Below, piece after piece: positions 36,400-50,899 of a stretch of DNA of 64,000 nucleotides. Each line of letters opens with the position of its first letter. Position 1 is the stretch's first letter. The notes beneath the pieces were generated by a model that searched no databases, was not told the DNA's origin, and worked only from the letters and a program-made list of their open reading frames with translations. A program made the position numbers and the translations under genes. This DNA is from Octopus sinensis (lineage: Eukaryota). The DNA is taken from contig NW_021824954.1 of NCBI RefSeq assembly GCF_006345805.1, forward strand, positions 310,001-374,000. Direction: 5' to 3'.

Positions 36400-37270
36400 T
36401 AGGTCATCTCATAAGTAATGCAGTTTTTTTCAATTGCATGAGCTTAGAGTAGGAGGGGGATGAGGGACGGGATTAACTACCTGCATCAACTTGCTATAAA
36501 AGCAGGTAATAATTTGACTATGTCCTTATTCTTAGAGCAAGTTTTAAAGATTGCAGTTCGATTTTAACAGTTATTTTTCAAAGCTATAATGGAACTAACA
36601 AAGGAGCATATTCGGCATATTTTACTTTATGAGTTCAATAAAGGTTCTCGATTGGTGGAACGCAACGGAATGTGCGAGAAATAATAATGCAGTATATGGG
36701 GATCGGACACTAAAGCATAAGCCAGTGTCAACGGTGGTTTTAGACATTCTGAGTCGGAAACTACAGCTTAGAAGACAAGCCTCGTCCTGGAAGATCTGTA
36801 GACCTTGACGAGGACGTCTTGCAAATCTTGGTGGAACAAAATCCCATGATAACTATTGAGGAACCAGCGGAGAAGCTTGGATTTGGTCATTCAACCATTC
36901 ATCGACATCTTCGTGTTATCGGAAAAGTCAGCAAATTGGATCAATGGGTTCCTCACAAACTTTCCGAGTCTAATCTTCTTTGCTGTAATATATCACGAAT
37001 GAACCTTTTTGGACCGAATAAGGACTGGTGATGAGAAATGGGTTCTCTATAAAAATGCCAAGCACTGAAGACAGTGGGTAGGGAAAAGAGAAACACCGGC
37101 ACCCCAGACTAAAGAAAGCCTTCACCCACGGAAGATGTCATTTACTTGGTGGGATATGAAAGACCGAGTCCACTTTGAACTTTTTAATCCAAAACAAGCG
37201 ATAACAAAGATCTACTGCGATCAGCTTCAGCGGCTTAAGTCAACACTAGAAGAAAAATGACCATCTTTGT
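36400..37270 (+). mobile_element. Decayed mariner transposon, 3'-truncated
   Basis: MELTKEHIRHILLYEFNKG; LEDKPRPGR; KLDQWVPHKL; TGDEKWVLY; YCDQLQRL. Confidence 0.88.
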
Positions 37271-37408
37271 GTGCAAAGAAGAGATTAACCCATATAAAGC
37301 TTTATAATCTTGTTAACATGAATCAAAATGATTATTGATTTCTAAATAGGTCACAAGGACACAACCGTAAACATACAAACACGTAAAACACCCACAACCG
37401 CTCTTTCC

Positions 37409-37461
<53 letters not shown>

Positions 37462-37524
37462 TGTGTGTGTGTGTGTGTATGTGTGTGTGTGTGTATGTGT
37501 GTGTGTGTATGTGTGTGTGTGTGA

Positions 37525-39240
37525 ATTGAATTGAACTAGTTTCAGCTCACAAGCTGTGGCCGTGCTGGGGCACTGTCATTTGGTGTTGCTACATAATTTT
37601 TACTTCACTAATTCTTTGTAGAACTTCACATTTGGTGCATGAGGGAGTTTGATGCGCTGCCCTCATTTTCACATCTGTGAAACTGGTTTAGCTGGGACAC
37701 TTTACAGTAAGATATCTAGTTTTGCTTTGAAGAAATCTACATCCACTCAATGCAGGTCTCTCAGATCCTTCGGGAAGATATTGAAGAGCTGTGGGCCTTT
37801 AAAGCCCAGGCTACTGCAATAGCTTGTCCTATGTTTTGATGGCAAAATTGGAGTCTTTGGCACTATGTGGTGGTGCCCTGTTCTAGCGTTAGTGTAACTC
37901 TCAATGCCAAACTTTGGGACAAGTCCCTCCAAGATATTCCAGATGTATATTACGGCTTCACTTTCCCGTCTACGTATAGAGTCTCAATCTCTTGAGTCTT
38001 TCCCAGTAGCTTATATGCTGTATTGAGGCTATCTTCTTCGTGTAGCTTCGTTGGATTGCCTCAATTTCTGCAATTAATTTTACACTGCTTGGTGACCATA
38101 GCTGGGAGCAATAGTCAAAGAGGCTAAGGACAAATGTTATTCAAAGGACCATCATGGTTTCCTGCTCTCTCGTTTTAAAAGTTCTAAGAATTCATCCGGT
38201 CAGCCGCCTACATTTAATTGCCAACTTAGAAACATGCACACAGAAGGATGCATCATTACTCATGTAAATACTCAAGTCTCGCACTGACTGTGTCTCTGGG
38301 ATTGCAATCCCTCCAGGTCCAGGATATCTAATTGGTATTGCATTTAGTTTTGCATGCTGATAGTATAGGGCTTGAAACTTTTCAGCATTAAACTGCATGC
38401 TATTCTTCTTAGCATACTTGTATATTTCATCTAACTCACGTTCTGTATCACCTGTGAGACTTTTGTATCATCTGCTTAATTTGTGATCATGGCCATCTGT
38501 GTGGCTGAGGGCATATCTGAGAGGGCCATTATGAACAGTAGTGGTTCCCGAAAAATGCCCCACGGGGCACCACTCACTATTTGCGTGTCATTAGAGGTGG
38601 CCCCATTGGTTACTCCTGCTTGATTTCTATCTTTCAGAAAGTCATGCAGCCATTCTCCCAATTTCTCGACTATGCCGTGATCATGCATTTTGCGACATAT
38701 TCCATGATCGACTTGCAAAGTCGATATATATTACATCCGCATTTGAGTGGTCGAGCAGCTGTTTCAACACTCAGTCATAGTGTTGTAAGAGCTGAGCTAG
38801 GTAGCTTCTTCCTGGTCGGAAACCACGTTGGGTGTCAGTCAGCAAGTCATTTTCCTCAAGGCAGGTGATTAGTTTTCTTCTGACTATTCGTTCTATGATT
38901 TGCTGATGTGCGAGGTCAGAGAGATAGGTCTGTAGTTTTTGGCCTCTGCTCTGATACCTTCTTTATGGATGGGGCATATTTTCCCTTCCTTCAGCTTGTT
39001 TGGCAGTTTGTTGTTGCAAGGAAGCTGTGGAAGAGCGACTGCAGTGGTCTTGCTAGGACTCGCTTACATGGTTTTTGAAGGATTACTGGGAATCCATCAG
39101 GGGGCAGTAGCTGAGTTCGGGTTCATCACATCTATAACCCATTTTACATCATCTACTTTTATATTGATGCAATCAATCATCACTGCCTCTGTTTTTATAT
39201 CTGCTGTGGCATAGTCAGCTGGATTGCTGACTTTCAAGTG
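37525..39240 (-). mobile_element. CR1-type LINE, RT and 3' end (decayed)
   Basis: NYRPISLTSHISK; GEWLHDFLKDR; SGAPWG..PLLF; ADDTK; MQFNAEKFQ; FDYCSQLWSP; 3' tail GTGCCCCAGCACGGCCACAGC..GCTGAAACTAG. Confidence 0.9.
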
Positions 39241-39339
39241 TTTTGGGGTTGGAGTGAAAACACTTTTGGATTACTCTCAGTTGCTCGCATAAATTTCAAG
39301 ATAAAATTTAGGAGGGTCACAGTAGGGAACAAAAAAATG

Positions 39340-40060
39340 ATAGTGATGTTGTTGAATGCTCGAAATGAGGAGTAGATAAACAGCCGACAACTGATGAAGG
39401 GTCCTTTCATTGTGCTATATATATATATTGAATGCGGCGCATCCATTTCCAAGTAAGTTTATCTTCACCTTTTCGATGCCACTTTCTATTTTATACGGTT
39501 TTCTTCATCCTTCTCTAATTTCATTTTTCCCCATCCCTCCTTCACCGTTTTCTATCTGTTTCTCTTCCCCGTCTTTCTCTTTCTCTCTCTTTCTCTCGTT
39601 GCTCACACGTGACTATCGTCCATCTTTCTTTTCCTCACGTGACCATCTTTCTATTCCTGCACGGACGTTTAAACGAACGGACGTGTTTTTCTCTCTCTCT
39701 CTTCTATCTTTTCACTTTTCAAAAAAATGTTCTCCCAGCGTTCACTGTTTTCCTCTCGTTCCGTGTTTGTTTTCGTTCGGGTTCCTTGTATGTCTCTATT
39801 AATTTTTTTTTGTTCCCAACTTTGACACTCCATAAATCCTACATTTTATTTTAGAATTTATGGGAGCAACTGTCCTTGAAGACTCATTGTCGTTGAATGT
39901 TAGAAATGTAGATAGTCAGCCGACAACTGAAGAAGGGTCCTTTCTCTGTGTTAACCTGTCCTGTTTTCCATTTTCTCGTTGTTTACGTATTGAACTCTTT
40001 TTTCCCTCGTTTGTTCATGTATTTCATGTTATTTGCACATTTGGTGACGTCCTTTATCTA
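39340..40060. mobile_element. Probable Penelope pseudo-LTR remnant with a ~60-bp direct repeat
   Basis: CAGCCGACAACTGA(T/A)GAAGGGTCCTTTC occurs near 39381 and 39917 around a pyrimidine-rich block. Confidence 0.4.
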
Positions 40061-40152
40061 TAAATATTATATAATATTATTAAAAATATTATTACTATCC
40101 AGCAAGAATAATGCACCATAAAAGTTAGAATTAGTACGTTCGCTTTGTATGC

Positions 40153-40192
<40 letters not shown>

Positions 40193-40435
40193 CTGTCCAT
40201 AGGCTAAAACCTACGGTGGCTAACAACACAATGTAACAAAACCGAGCCAAACAAGGTTTCTTTACCGAGATACCTCGTATAAAATCACCTCACGATATAT
40301 CTCTCCACCGAAGGATGCACCCCAAGTAGTCGTACAGTATTCTACCCGCGAGGGATCGATGTAAAATAGGGTGAAACGATCATTGTGAGCAATAAAACGT
40401 TTCGTATATTCCATTTCCCGTCTCTATAATTTGTT

Positions 40436-41902
<1,467 letters not shown>

Positions 41903-41924
41903 TATCTATCTATCTATCTATCTG

Positions 41925-42074
<150 letters not shown>

Positions 42075-42160
42075 AATCTATCTATCTGTCTGTCTATCTG
42101 TCTGTCTGTCTGACTGTCTGTCTGTCTGTCTGACTGTCTGCCTGTCTATCTGTCTGTCTA

Positions 42161-42221
<61 letters not shown>

Positions 42222-42938
42222 AATAATTGATGAAGGAAACAGTAGGTAGATTATATCTATGCATACACAGGTGAGTACACAAGTGCCAAACAAGGTGGAA
42301 AAGCATAGTACTGGAATACACACACACACATACACACATACACATACACACACACAAATACATATATACAGATACACACACACACACGCACACATACATG
42401 CATACACCTACGCATGCACGCATGCACACAACTGTATATGCATTCTCACCCCTCAAATACACATACGCACAAAGTTATATTCACCACAGTACATCCAGTG
42501 AAAAGCATTGAAAATCTCTCTCTCTCTCTCTCTGGCTGTTTTTCTCTTTTCCTGTCACTCTATCACTACTTCTCGCCATGGTCACTGTGACCTGCGAGAT
42601 GAAATGGCTGTTAAATTTTCTCAAATTACATTCGATTGACTCATAAAAGGAAGGACAATTTGAACATAATAGTTAAAAACGTATGCAAAAAACCTTTTGA
42701 CCACAGTTGAAATGCTTTTACTATAGGTATATTAGGTCAGGGCTTATTTGGGGTTAAATAAAAACAACAATAACAGCAACGAAAACATCGTCATCATCAA
42801 CAACACTGTACTTAAACACAAATGCATACAAACGCACAAATGTGAAATAACACAACCACAATAAACAGAAACTACTCACACGTATTTCCTTATTCTCTCT
42901 CGACGCCTCTCAATTACGTGCGCGCATGCACGCACACA

Positions 42939-42990
<52 letters not shown>

Positions 42991-43280
42991 ACACACACAC
43001 ACTAATGTATGACATTGCAAACTGGAGTACATATCTACGCAGCCTAGCTAAAAGCAAACGATCAATAAATATTGTATGAAGTCACCGTTCTAGAGTTATT
43101 GATTGTTACCAATTTTAGCTTTCCCTTTTAACAACAGTTGGTTTATTATTTTGATCACTCTCACCAGATATGTAAGGATTCCGATGTCATTTTAATCGTA
43201 TCTTTTGCCTTTGTGGTTACCACCTATATGTCTTATGTCCCTCACTATGTGTGTATCTGCGTTCATTTATATGTATGCTC

Positions 43281-43319
<39 letters not shown>

Positions 43320-44100
43320 ATATCTTTATGTGGGAAAATGTAGGGAGAATATAGAGTGTCGACTATATTGTCCAAAAATTCTCATCGAACGATCTTATTT
43401 GAATTAGCTCCCTAGTTTGATTATTTTATTTTGAATATCTCAAAGGTTAAGTTTTTGTCTACAAATAACCATGATCATTTCAACTGGTCGAAGTTATTCA
43501 GCTCTCTACATTACATATGTAAAATTCTACTGTATTCAGCATATAAAAAGCATTTTTGAAATATTTATTTTCAGTCTTATTGTTATATTTCAACCGTCAA
43601 TATGGCTGGAAGTGAGGCAGAAATGTGGGAAAATGAAGCTCAGAACTTCTCCGATTGGAATCACTTTAGTACCACCGGAACCGACTAAAAAAAAAAAACA
43701 ATAGTAAAACAAAAGTTCTGTGATATAGAGATAAATGTCTGATAATAGGTTTTAGGGTTTTGTTTTGGGGGTGAGGGTCGTAAATCACTTCCTAGTTTCG
43801 GCGGGGGAGGTTGAAATTTGATATTATTGTGATGAGTGGTCAGTCTACATCTATCCATCACTACAGGTTTATAATTTTATGTTTATAGTGTGTGTGTGCG
43901 TGCATATACACACACATACATACATACATACATACATACATACATACATACATACATACATACATACATACATACATACATACACAAGCGTATGTACGTA
44001 CATACATACATACATGCATACATGCGTATATACATACATACACACATACATACATATATATGACGAACTAACTGTTACTTTCTCAGATGCAGCACGGATT

Positions 44101-44150
44101 TTTGTCAGTGAACAGGTCGCGGATTTTAGCGACGAAAATATTTTGACAAA
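44101..44150 (+). ncRNA. Candidate minimal type I hammerhead ribozyme, G3:C8 core variant
   Basis: Stem I TTTGTCA/TGACAAA; core GTGAACA; stem II GTCGC/GCGAC; GAAA; short palindromic stem III AATATT; putative cleavage triplet UUU. Confidence 0.55.
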
Positions 44151-44227
44151 TTGAACTTAAATGTTGAAGTGAATCGAACGGCTTTTGTGTGTTTCTTAAA
44201 TGGCTTACAAACACCTTCCACGCTGCA

Positions 44228-44258
<31 letters not shown>

Positions 44259-44329
44259 TGCATCGATTGCCATTTCCCAGTAAATATTGGTGGCATGTAC
44301 CACTTATCTATTTTTATATGTATAATTCT

Positions 44330-44600
44330 ACCCTTATCGGGCTTTACTTCATTGGAAAGTAATACATTCATTTGTATTGCATTAATATTTTCATTGAAAA
44401 CTTCTTTACTGTTCTCGTTCTGTTAACGGCTAGGCGTTCAGGCGAGTTCACTGGCATTGGTGTGGCAACATTTGAAATATTGTCTAGGTAAATGCAGCTG
44501 ATGAAGACTAATCAAATTTACGTTGTCAAACGTATTTGAAGAGTTAGAAACCGGTCCCGCATTATCCGATTCTAGGTTGTCCATTTATCGAATTTCCTCC
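44330..44600 (+). mobile_element. Probable Penelope pseudo-LTR remnant with a broken hammerhead (CTGATGA at 44498)
   Basis: CTGATGA-A-GAC..GTC-AAAC; the G12 position is missing. Confidence 0.45.
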
Positions 44601-44736
44601 TAAAGGTAAGACAAACTTTTCATATTTGTTGCACATACACGTCTTTGCTAGTAAATACGCAGTGAAGCTAATACAATAGCGTCGTATTTGTATCGATTGC
44701 TATTTTCCAGTAAATGTTGGTGCCTTATCTATTATA

Positions 44737-44823
<87 letters not shown>

Positions 44824-45484
44824 TAAAGTAAAGAAACCACAAAATCCCTCGTGAATAATAACAACCCAGGAATTCGTGAATGAAATACATATCAGATCAA
44901 CTTCAACATAAAAAAAATCGTTGTCTTATGTATAACGAAAATTTACGGGAGTATTAAGAGGTGATGCATCAGTCTAAAATATAAAAAAATTAAAGCAGAG
45001 ACCTAGAAGAGATGAACTGCTACAAAGCAGTTATTAACAGAACGTAGTATTTCTAGCATGTTGAACGAATATATAGAGGCAATGCATTATTCTAAAATTA
45101 AAAAAAATTGAAACAGAGACCTAGAAGATGAACAGAACGTGCATTTATTATTAAAAAAATAACGATGAATTAATAAGATATATTAACTGAAAAAAAATCA
45201 CTCACACAACTAAACATAAGCTTTAATAAAAATAATTCTTTCTACGGAGGAACGATAAAAATAAAATATCTTTAGTATTAAAGAAACAGAGAGTAAATAC
45301 TATGCAATACATATTTTTAGATGTTTTATATCGCAAAAGTAAATCAAATTGTATGAATAGATCGTAAGATTGATCCGCAAAATAAAAATTTCAAATAGCG
45401 TTGACGATAATAAACATGTACTCCAGTCTGGAAAATTCTATACAGTGAAACACCTTTTCTGTTAAATTTATTACTAATGATCTG

Positions 45485-45522
<38 letters not shown>

Positions 45523-45748
45523 CAAAGTAATTCCAACTCTGTTTTTTATGTTTTATTTATATTCTTTATAATATTAATGTAGAATATTGAATATATAGTA
45601 TAAATAATATATATATAGTAAAATTAAATGAAAGATTGATTGTCTTATTGAATAGATGAAATATTGAATATAAAATATTAAGGGAATAGTATACTTTCTT
45701 GCATTATAGCAGTCTTCAATGTCCCAGGTTGTGACAGGAGTGTTTCAA

Positions 45749-45812
<64 letters not shown>

Positions 45813-45961
45813 TATTATATATCATACATATGTATGTGTGTGTATGTAGACATACACACATCTATCATATATTATATATATATATATTATATATCATACA
45901 TATGTATGTGTGTGTGTTTGTAGACATACACACATCTATCATATATTATATATATGATATA

Positions 45962-47565
45962 CTAGCAGAGTTACCCGGCGTTGCCCGTGTTACATACAAT
46001 TGAAGAATTAGACTTTTCTGTTATATTTTCTGTAATGAACTGGAATACCTATGTTTCGAATTTCATCAAAATTGCAGATGCAGGTTATTTCCCTCTTTAC
46101 ACACCCTAAAACATTGTAATCGTGCCACATGTATCCCATATTACTGATTGTTATGCACATATTCCAAAATTCCAGTCTTATAGAACCTGTTAAAAGGATT
46201 TTGTTCCTGAAAAATGGAGGTCATGGAGCTCTAAAATGTGAGAGTTAACGCCTCTATTGGGGGTGGGCATCTTAATGTCAACCAGAGAAGTTGAATTGTT
46301 GAGAATCTTTTTAACTTGGGTCTTATATCTATTGTTTGAATTTCTTTGAAATAGGAAATATATGTTCACTGGGTTTGTAAAAGAGAGCAAAGCTACAGGA
46401 AACCAAAAGACGAATGATCACAATAAGCAGTCAGCTGCTACAGTACCCTAGTCGTTACCACTCCTAATGTAGTATTCCACACCATGCAGGTGACAGGAAC
46501 AGCCGATAGATACATTACGAATTGGAAGAGCGTGACCCAACTGAAATAAACACTAACAACTGTGTGACGTGAGTGCTAAGTAGAAATGAAAGTTGGAGTT
46601 TGCAAATGACCACTATATTGATACGTAACTGGATATAATAAATTTACAATCTATAAATGTCTTTGAATAACCAGTCACTCATCTGGGAAGGCCTTGAAAT
46701 TAATGTTACCATCTGGGGACCCAGTGATAATAAAAAGACTGAAAGGAGGTCTGCAACCAAATAACTTTACTCAACACTTTGCAACTGAATCAGTGGAAGC
46801 AAAGATGCCTCTCATTTACTTGACAATTTATGCAGCACATTGCAAAAATCACAATCTAAGTGTATGTCAAAGCAAACTCTTACACTGTTGTACCATTGAA
46901 TTACAAATAATGCTCATCTTCTATGCTCGGGTGACCCTACAGCTTCTAAGAGTACAACTGCATTCGTCTTTGCTTAGATAAAATGACAAAATTGTGGGTG
47001 TTAAGTCCCCATGAAGGGGTCTTTCTAACTTGTAAGAAGATGAAATTTTATAAATATTACTTCATTTGTATCTAATATCTATGGTTAAAATTTCATCAAC
47101 AGCAAAAGTATATGAATTGTCATGGGGGTTATGGCCCTTATACATAGAATATAATTTCCAAATTTCGTAAAGATCCATTCAGTACTTTTGACTTAGTTTT
47201 GGATCATAAAAGAAATGACTAAAATTTGGGAGTTAAGGCCCCCATTAGGATGTCTTAGAATCCTCATGTGAAATGGAAACTTTGTGGATACTTCTTTCAT
47301 CAACATCTAAAATTTATGAATTTTCATGGGGGTTCTGCCCCCTTTAAGCCATCTGAAATTCAAACCAACCATATTGCATTATACACGCCCTTATGCATTG
47401 AATCTAAGTTTCAAATATGATAAGGATCCATTCAGTAATTTTGGTCCATGAGATTGTATGAAACACACAGCATTACCCTTCTCCTTAGGCTTGGATTTTG
47501 TGTTCCAAATTTCATTATGATCGGTGCAGCAGTTTTCGAATGTATAAGTAATACACCAACACAAA
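45962..47565 (-). mobile_element. Non-autonomous Helitron-like element
   Basis: Minus-strand 3' end CGGGCAACGCCGGGTAACTCTGCTAG (hairpin plus CTAG at 45962-45965). Internal AAATTTCAT/CCCCAT-type subrepeats are shared with other Helitron-like copies. The right boundary is uncertain. Confidence 0.55.
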
Positions 47566-47812
47566 TTTTATCTAAGCAAAGACGAATATAGTTGTACTCT
47601 TAGAAGCTGTAGGGTCACCCGAGCATAGAAGATGAGCATTATTTGTAATTCAATGGAACAACAGTGTAAGAGTTTGCTTTGACATACACGTAGATTGTGA
47701 TTTCTGCAATGTGCTGCATAAATTGTCAAGTAAATGAGAGGCATCTTGCTTCCACTGATTCAGTTGCAAAGTTATTTGATTGCAGACCTCCTTTCAGTGT
47801 TTTTATTATCAC
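46724..47812. repeat. About 250-bp inverted repeat with a 580-bp spacer
   Basis: 46724-46984 versus 47565-47812; high identity with one ~12-bp indel. Confidence 0.9.
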
Positions 47813-47857
47813 ACGATTGATTCTTTAAGTTTCTGTCTACGAAATCCATACACACAC

Positions 47858-47924
<67 letters not shown>

Positions 47925-48069
47925 ACACACACACACATATGTATAGACACACACACACACACATATGTATAGACACACACACACTCACACACATATATGT
48001 ATACACACACAAAGATAAATTGTGTGAGCAAACAAAAATATGAGATACTGCCTAGGGTTTTTTTTTTTT

Positions 48070-48390
48070 ATTTTGATAAGTCTGGTACTTATTCTATCAG
48101 TTTCTTCTTGTGAAACCAGTAAGTTATGGGTATGTAAAGAAATGAACACCAGTTGTGAGGCAGTCATGAGGGAGAAACACAAAGACACGCACATAAACTT
48201 ACATATATATACATACATATATATACAATTGATTTCTTTCAGTTTCTGTCTACAAAATACACTGACAAGGCTTTGGTTGGTCTGAGGCTATAGCAGAAGA
48301 CACATACCAAGTCACCACACAGTGGGACTGAACTCAGGACCATGTGTTTTGGAACGAAGTTTGTTACCACACAGCCACACCTGCACCTAT
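48070..48390 (-). mobile_element. Diverged SINE family A
   Basis: CAAGGCTTTGGTTGGTCTGAGGCTATAGCAGAAGACAC; ACCACACAGCCAC head. Confidence 0.75.
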
Positions 48391-48563
48391 GTATGTGTGT
48401 GTGTATGTGTGTATGGGTGTATATATGTATGCATGTATATATGTGTACTTATTACATGTACATCTCTATATATATACATCTACACATATACATGTATACA
48501 TATACATCTATATGTATAGAAATACATGTATACATATACATGTATATATATACATCCATATAT

Positions 48564-48609
<46 letters not shown>

Positions 48610-48619
48610 ATGATTTGAT

Positions 48620-49415
48620 TGATTCTAGTTTCAGCTTATGAGCTGTGGCCATGCTGGGGCACCGCCATTTGGTGTTGCTACTTGGTTTCACTTCACGAAA
48701 GCTTTCTAGCAACTGCCATTGGGCATGAGAGAGTTAGATGCAGCTGCCCTCATCTGCCCCTCCTGCCGTGAAGTTGGTTCATCTGGACACCTGACAGGAA
48801 GAGATCAGCTTCATTTTAAAGACATCTGCATCCACCCCATGCAGGTCTCTCGGTTCTTCGGGAGGATATTGAAGAGCTGTGGGCCTCGGAAGCCCAGGCT
48901 TCACAGAATCTTGTCCTACATCTTGATGGCAAGTTTGGAGTCCTAGGCACCACGCAGTGGCGCCAGGTTCTGGCATTTGCGTAACTCTCGATGCCAAAGT
49001 TCAGGACACGTCCCTCCAGGATCTTCCAGATTTATATTTGGCATATCTTTCCCGCCTACGCTCCAGGGAATATAGTTTTAATCTCTTGAGTCTTTCCCAG
49101 TAGCTTACATTCTGCATAGAGGCTATCTTCCTTCGTGTAGCTACGTTGGATCACCTCGAGCTCTGTGATCAACTTGACACTGGATGGTGACCATAACTGA
49201 GAGCAGTAGTCAAAGTGGCTTAGGACAAGTGTCCTCCAGAGGACCATCATGGTTTCTTGTTCTCTTGTTCTAAAGGTTCTGAGGATCCATCCGGCCAGTC
49301 GTCTACATTTCATTGCCAATTTAGCAACATGTACACGAAAGGTCGCGTCATCACTCATGTAATACCTAGGTCACGCACTGATTGTGCCTCTGGGATTGCT
49401 ATTCCTCCGGGTCCA

Positions 49416-49418
<3 letters not shown>
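48620..49418 (-). mobile_element. 5'-truncated CR1-type LINE 3' end (same family as 37525-39240)
   Basis: WILRTFRTREQETMMVLWRTLVLSHFDYCSQLWSP; tail GGCGGTGCCCCAGCATGGCCACAGCTCATAAGCTGAAACTAG. Confidence 0.9.
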
Positions 49419-49453
<35 letters not shown>

Positions 49454-49689
49454 ATATATATATACATACATGTATGTATATAAATCTATATACATATACA
49501 TGTAAATGTAAATTTAAAATAATAAGGGTGAAAAATTGAATATTAATTTGATTAATATCAATTTAAAACCAGTGGTGTAGCATACTGAAAAGCCTGAAGT
49601 TTCAGAAAAAATTATATTACATACATATAAGAGGGATGTTCATTTTCAGTTCATGCCACTTATATAATAGTTTCACTATTAAAATGAAA

Positions 49690-49920
49690 GCATTTGACAT
49701 TACAATAGAGAGATGTTTTTGTTTCACTTTTGACACGTAATACTGAAATAGTGAAGAAGATATGATATTGCTGTGGGCTCGCCCTAGGCAAGAAGTTAAA
49801 AATTTCTTTTGCCCATGACAAAGTAAGTAAGGCATGTGTAAAATTTGAATGAAATTGGTTTATGTAGTTCTCAAGTTTAGGGATTCACCACAGACACACA
49901 TTCTCAGTTATATATGTATA
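49690..49920 (-). mobile_element. Helitron/DINE-1-like fragment (family of 31822)
   Basis: Reverse complement of the CCCTAAACTTGAGAACTAC..GGGCGAGCCCACAGCAATATCATATCTTC block. Confidence 0.7.
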
Positions 49921-49966
49921 GATATTGTATCATTATATCATATATATATATATATATAATATATAT

Positions 49967-49997
<31 letters not shown>

Positions 49998-50005
49998 TAT
50001 ATATA

Positions 50006-50385
50006 CACTACTGTCAGAAATTAATTAGCACCCTTGATTTGCTCTTCACTCAAGGTATGTGCTGTCACCTAGTGGCCATATCTCGAACTATTGCTTTGTT
50101 GCGAGTTCACTGTTGCGCAGAACGATGACGTAACTTTGTTTGCAGAGCAGTTTGAGAGTCTACAGCCTTATGATGTTGACATAGCAGTGCAACAACAACT
50201 TGGAGTGCGGATGCAGACAAATCCTCCTTTGTTTAATAGATATAGGTAGCGCCTCGCAAGGACCGAAATCACACCATACTAAGTTTTCTCATCGCGTAAG
50301 ACGTTTTGAACAGCTCATAGGTTAATTGATTTAACCTATTTAATGTAGAAATTTGAGAAGTGCTAATTAATTTCTGACGCAAGTG
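50006..50385. mobile_element. 380-bp non-autonomous Tc1/mariner-type MITE
   Basis: TA|CACTACTGTCAGAAATTAATTAGCAC..GTGCTAATTAATTTCTGACGCAAGTG|TA; ~26-bp imperfect TIR. Confidence 0.8.
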
Positions 50386-50420
<35 letters not shown>

Positions 50421-50593
50421 TAGAGCAGTTAAAAACGTATCTTCCATGCGTGTTGAATGATCAATGTTTAAATAAAACATCGACAATTCTCCTTGATGCA
50501 AAATAAATGTAGAAGGCGACCTTTTAAATAAATAATATTTATCTCTCACCAGATGGAGAACTTTTTGTTGAATTTTCTATCACGGATCAGGAC

Positions 50594-50635
<42 letters not shown>

Positions 50636-50639
50636 ATAA

Positions 50640-50830
50640 ATTAATCCAAAAAAGAAACAAAAAAGACAACAACGCAAGGAGGTGGAACAATTAAAGTATT
50701 ATTAGGCGCTCAGGAAAGAAGGGAAGTATGACGTTTCGAGCGGAGCTTTTCGTCGGAAACATGGGAGAAAGAAAGATCCCGAGGTGGGAGGACAGAGGGA
50801 AAAAAATGCAAGTGGTCTCACGAGGTCAAC
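50640..50830 (-). mobile_element. Penelope pseudo-LTR remnant with a hammerhead-like motif (U4C variant)
   Basis: Minus strand GTTT-CCGACGA-AA-AGC-TCC-GCT-C-GAAA-CG-TC-ATAC at about 50725-50760. Confidence 0.5.
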
Positions 50831-50899
50831 ATATATATATATACACTAGCTTAAGGTGACCCGCTCTACGCGTGGGTAAGAGTGTGGTTGTTACTTTCT

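Noticed and set aside
39355-39420. Complete hammerhead at CTGATGA 39391
   Set aside because: The GAAA lies upstream rather than downstream, the 3' half is cut by a TA tract and stem I cannot be formed; at most a permuted remnant.
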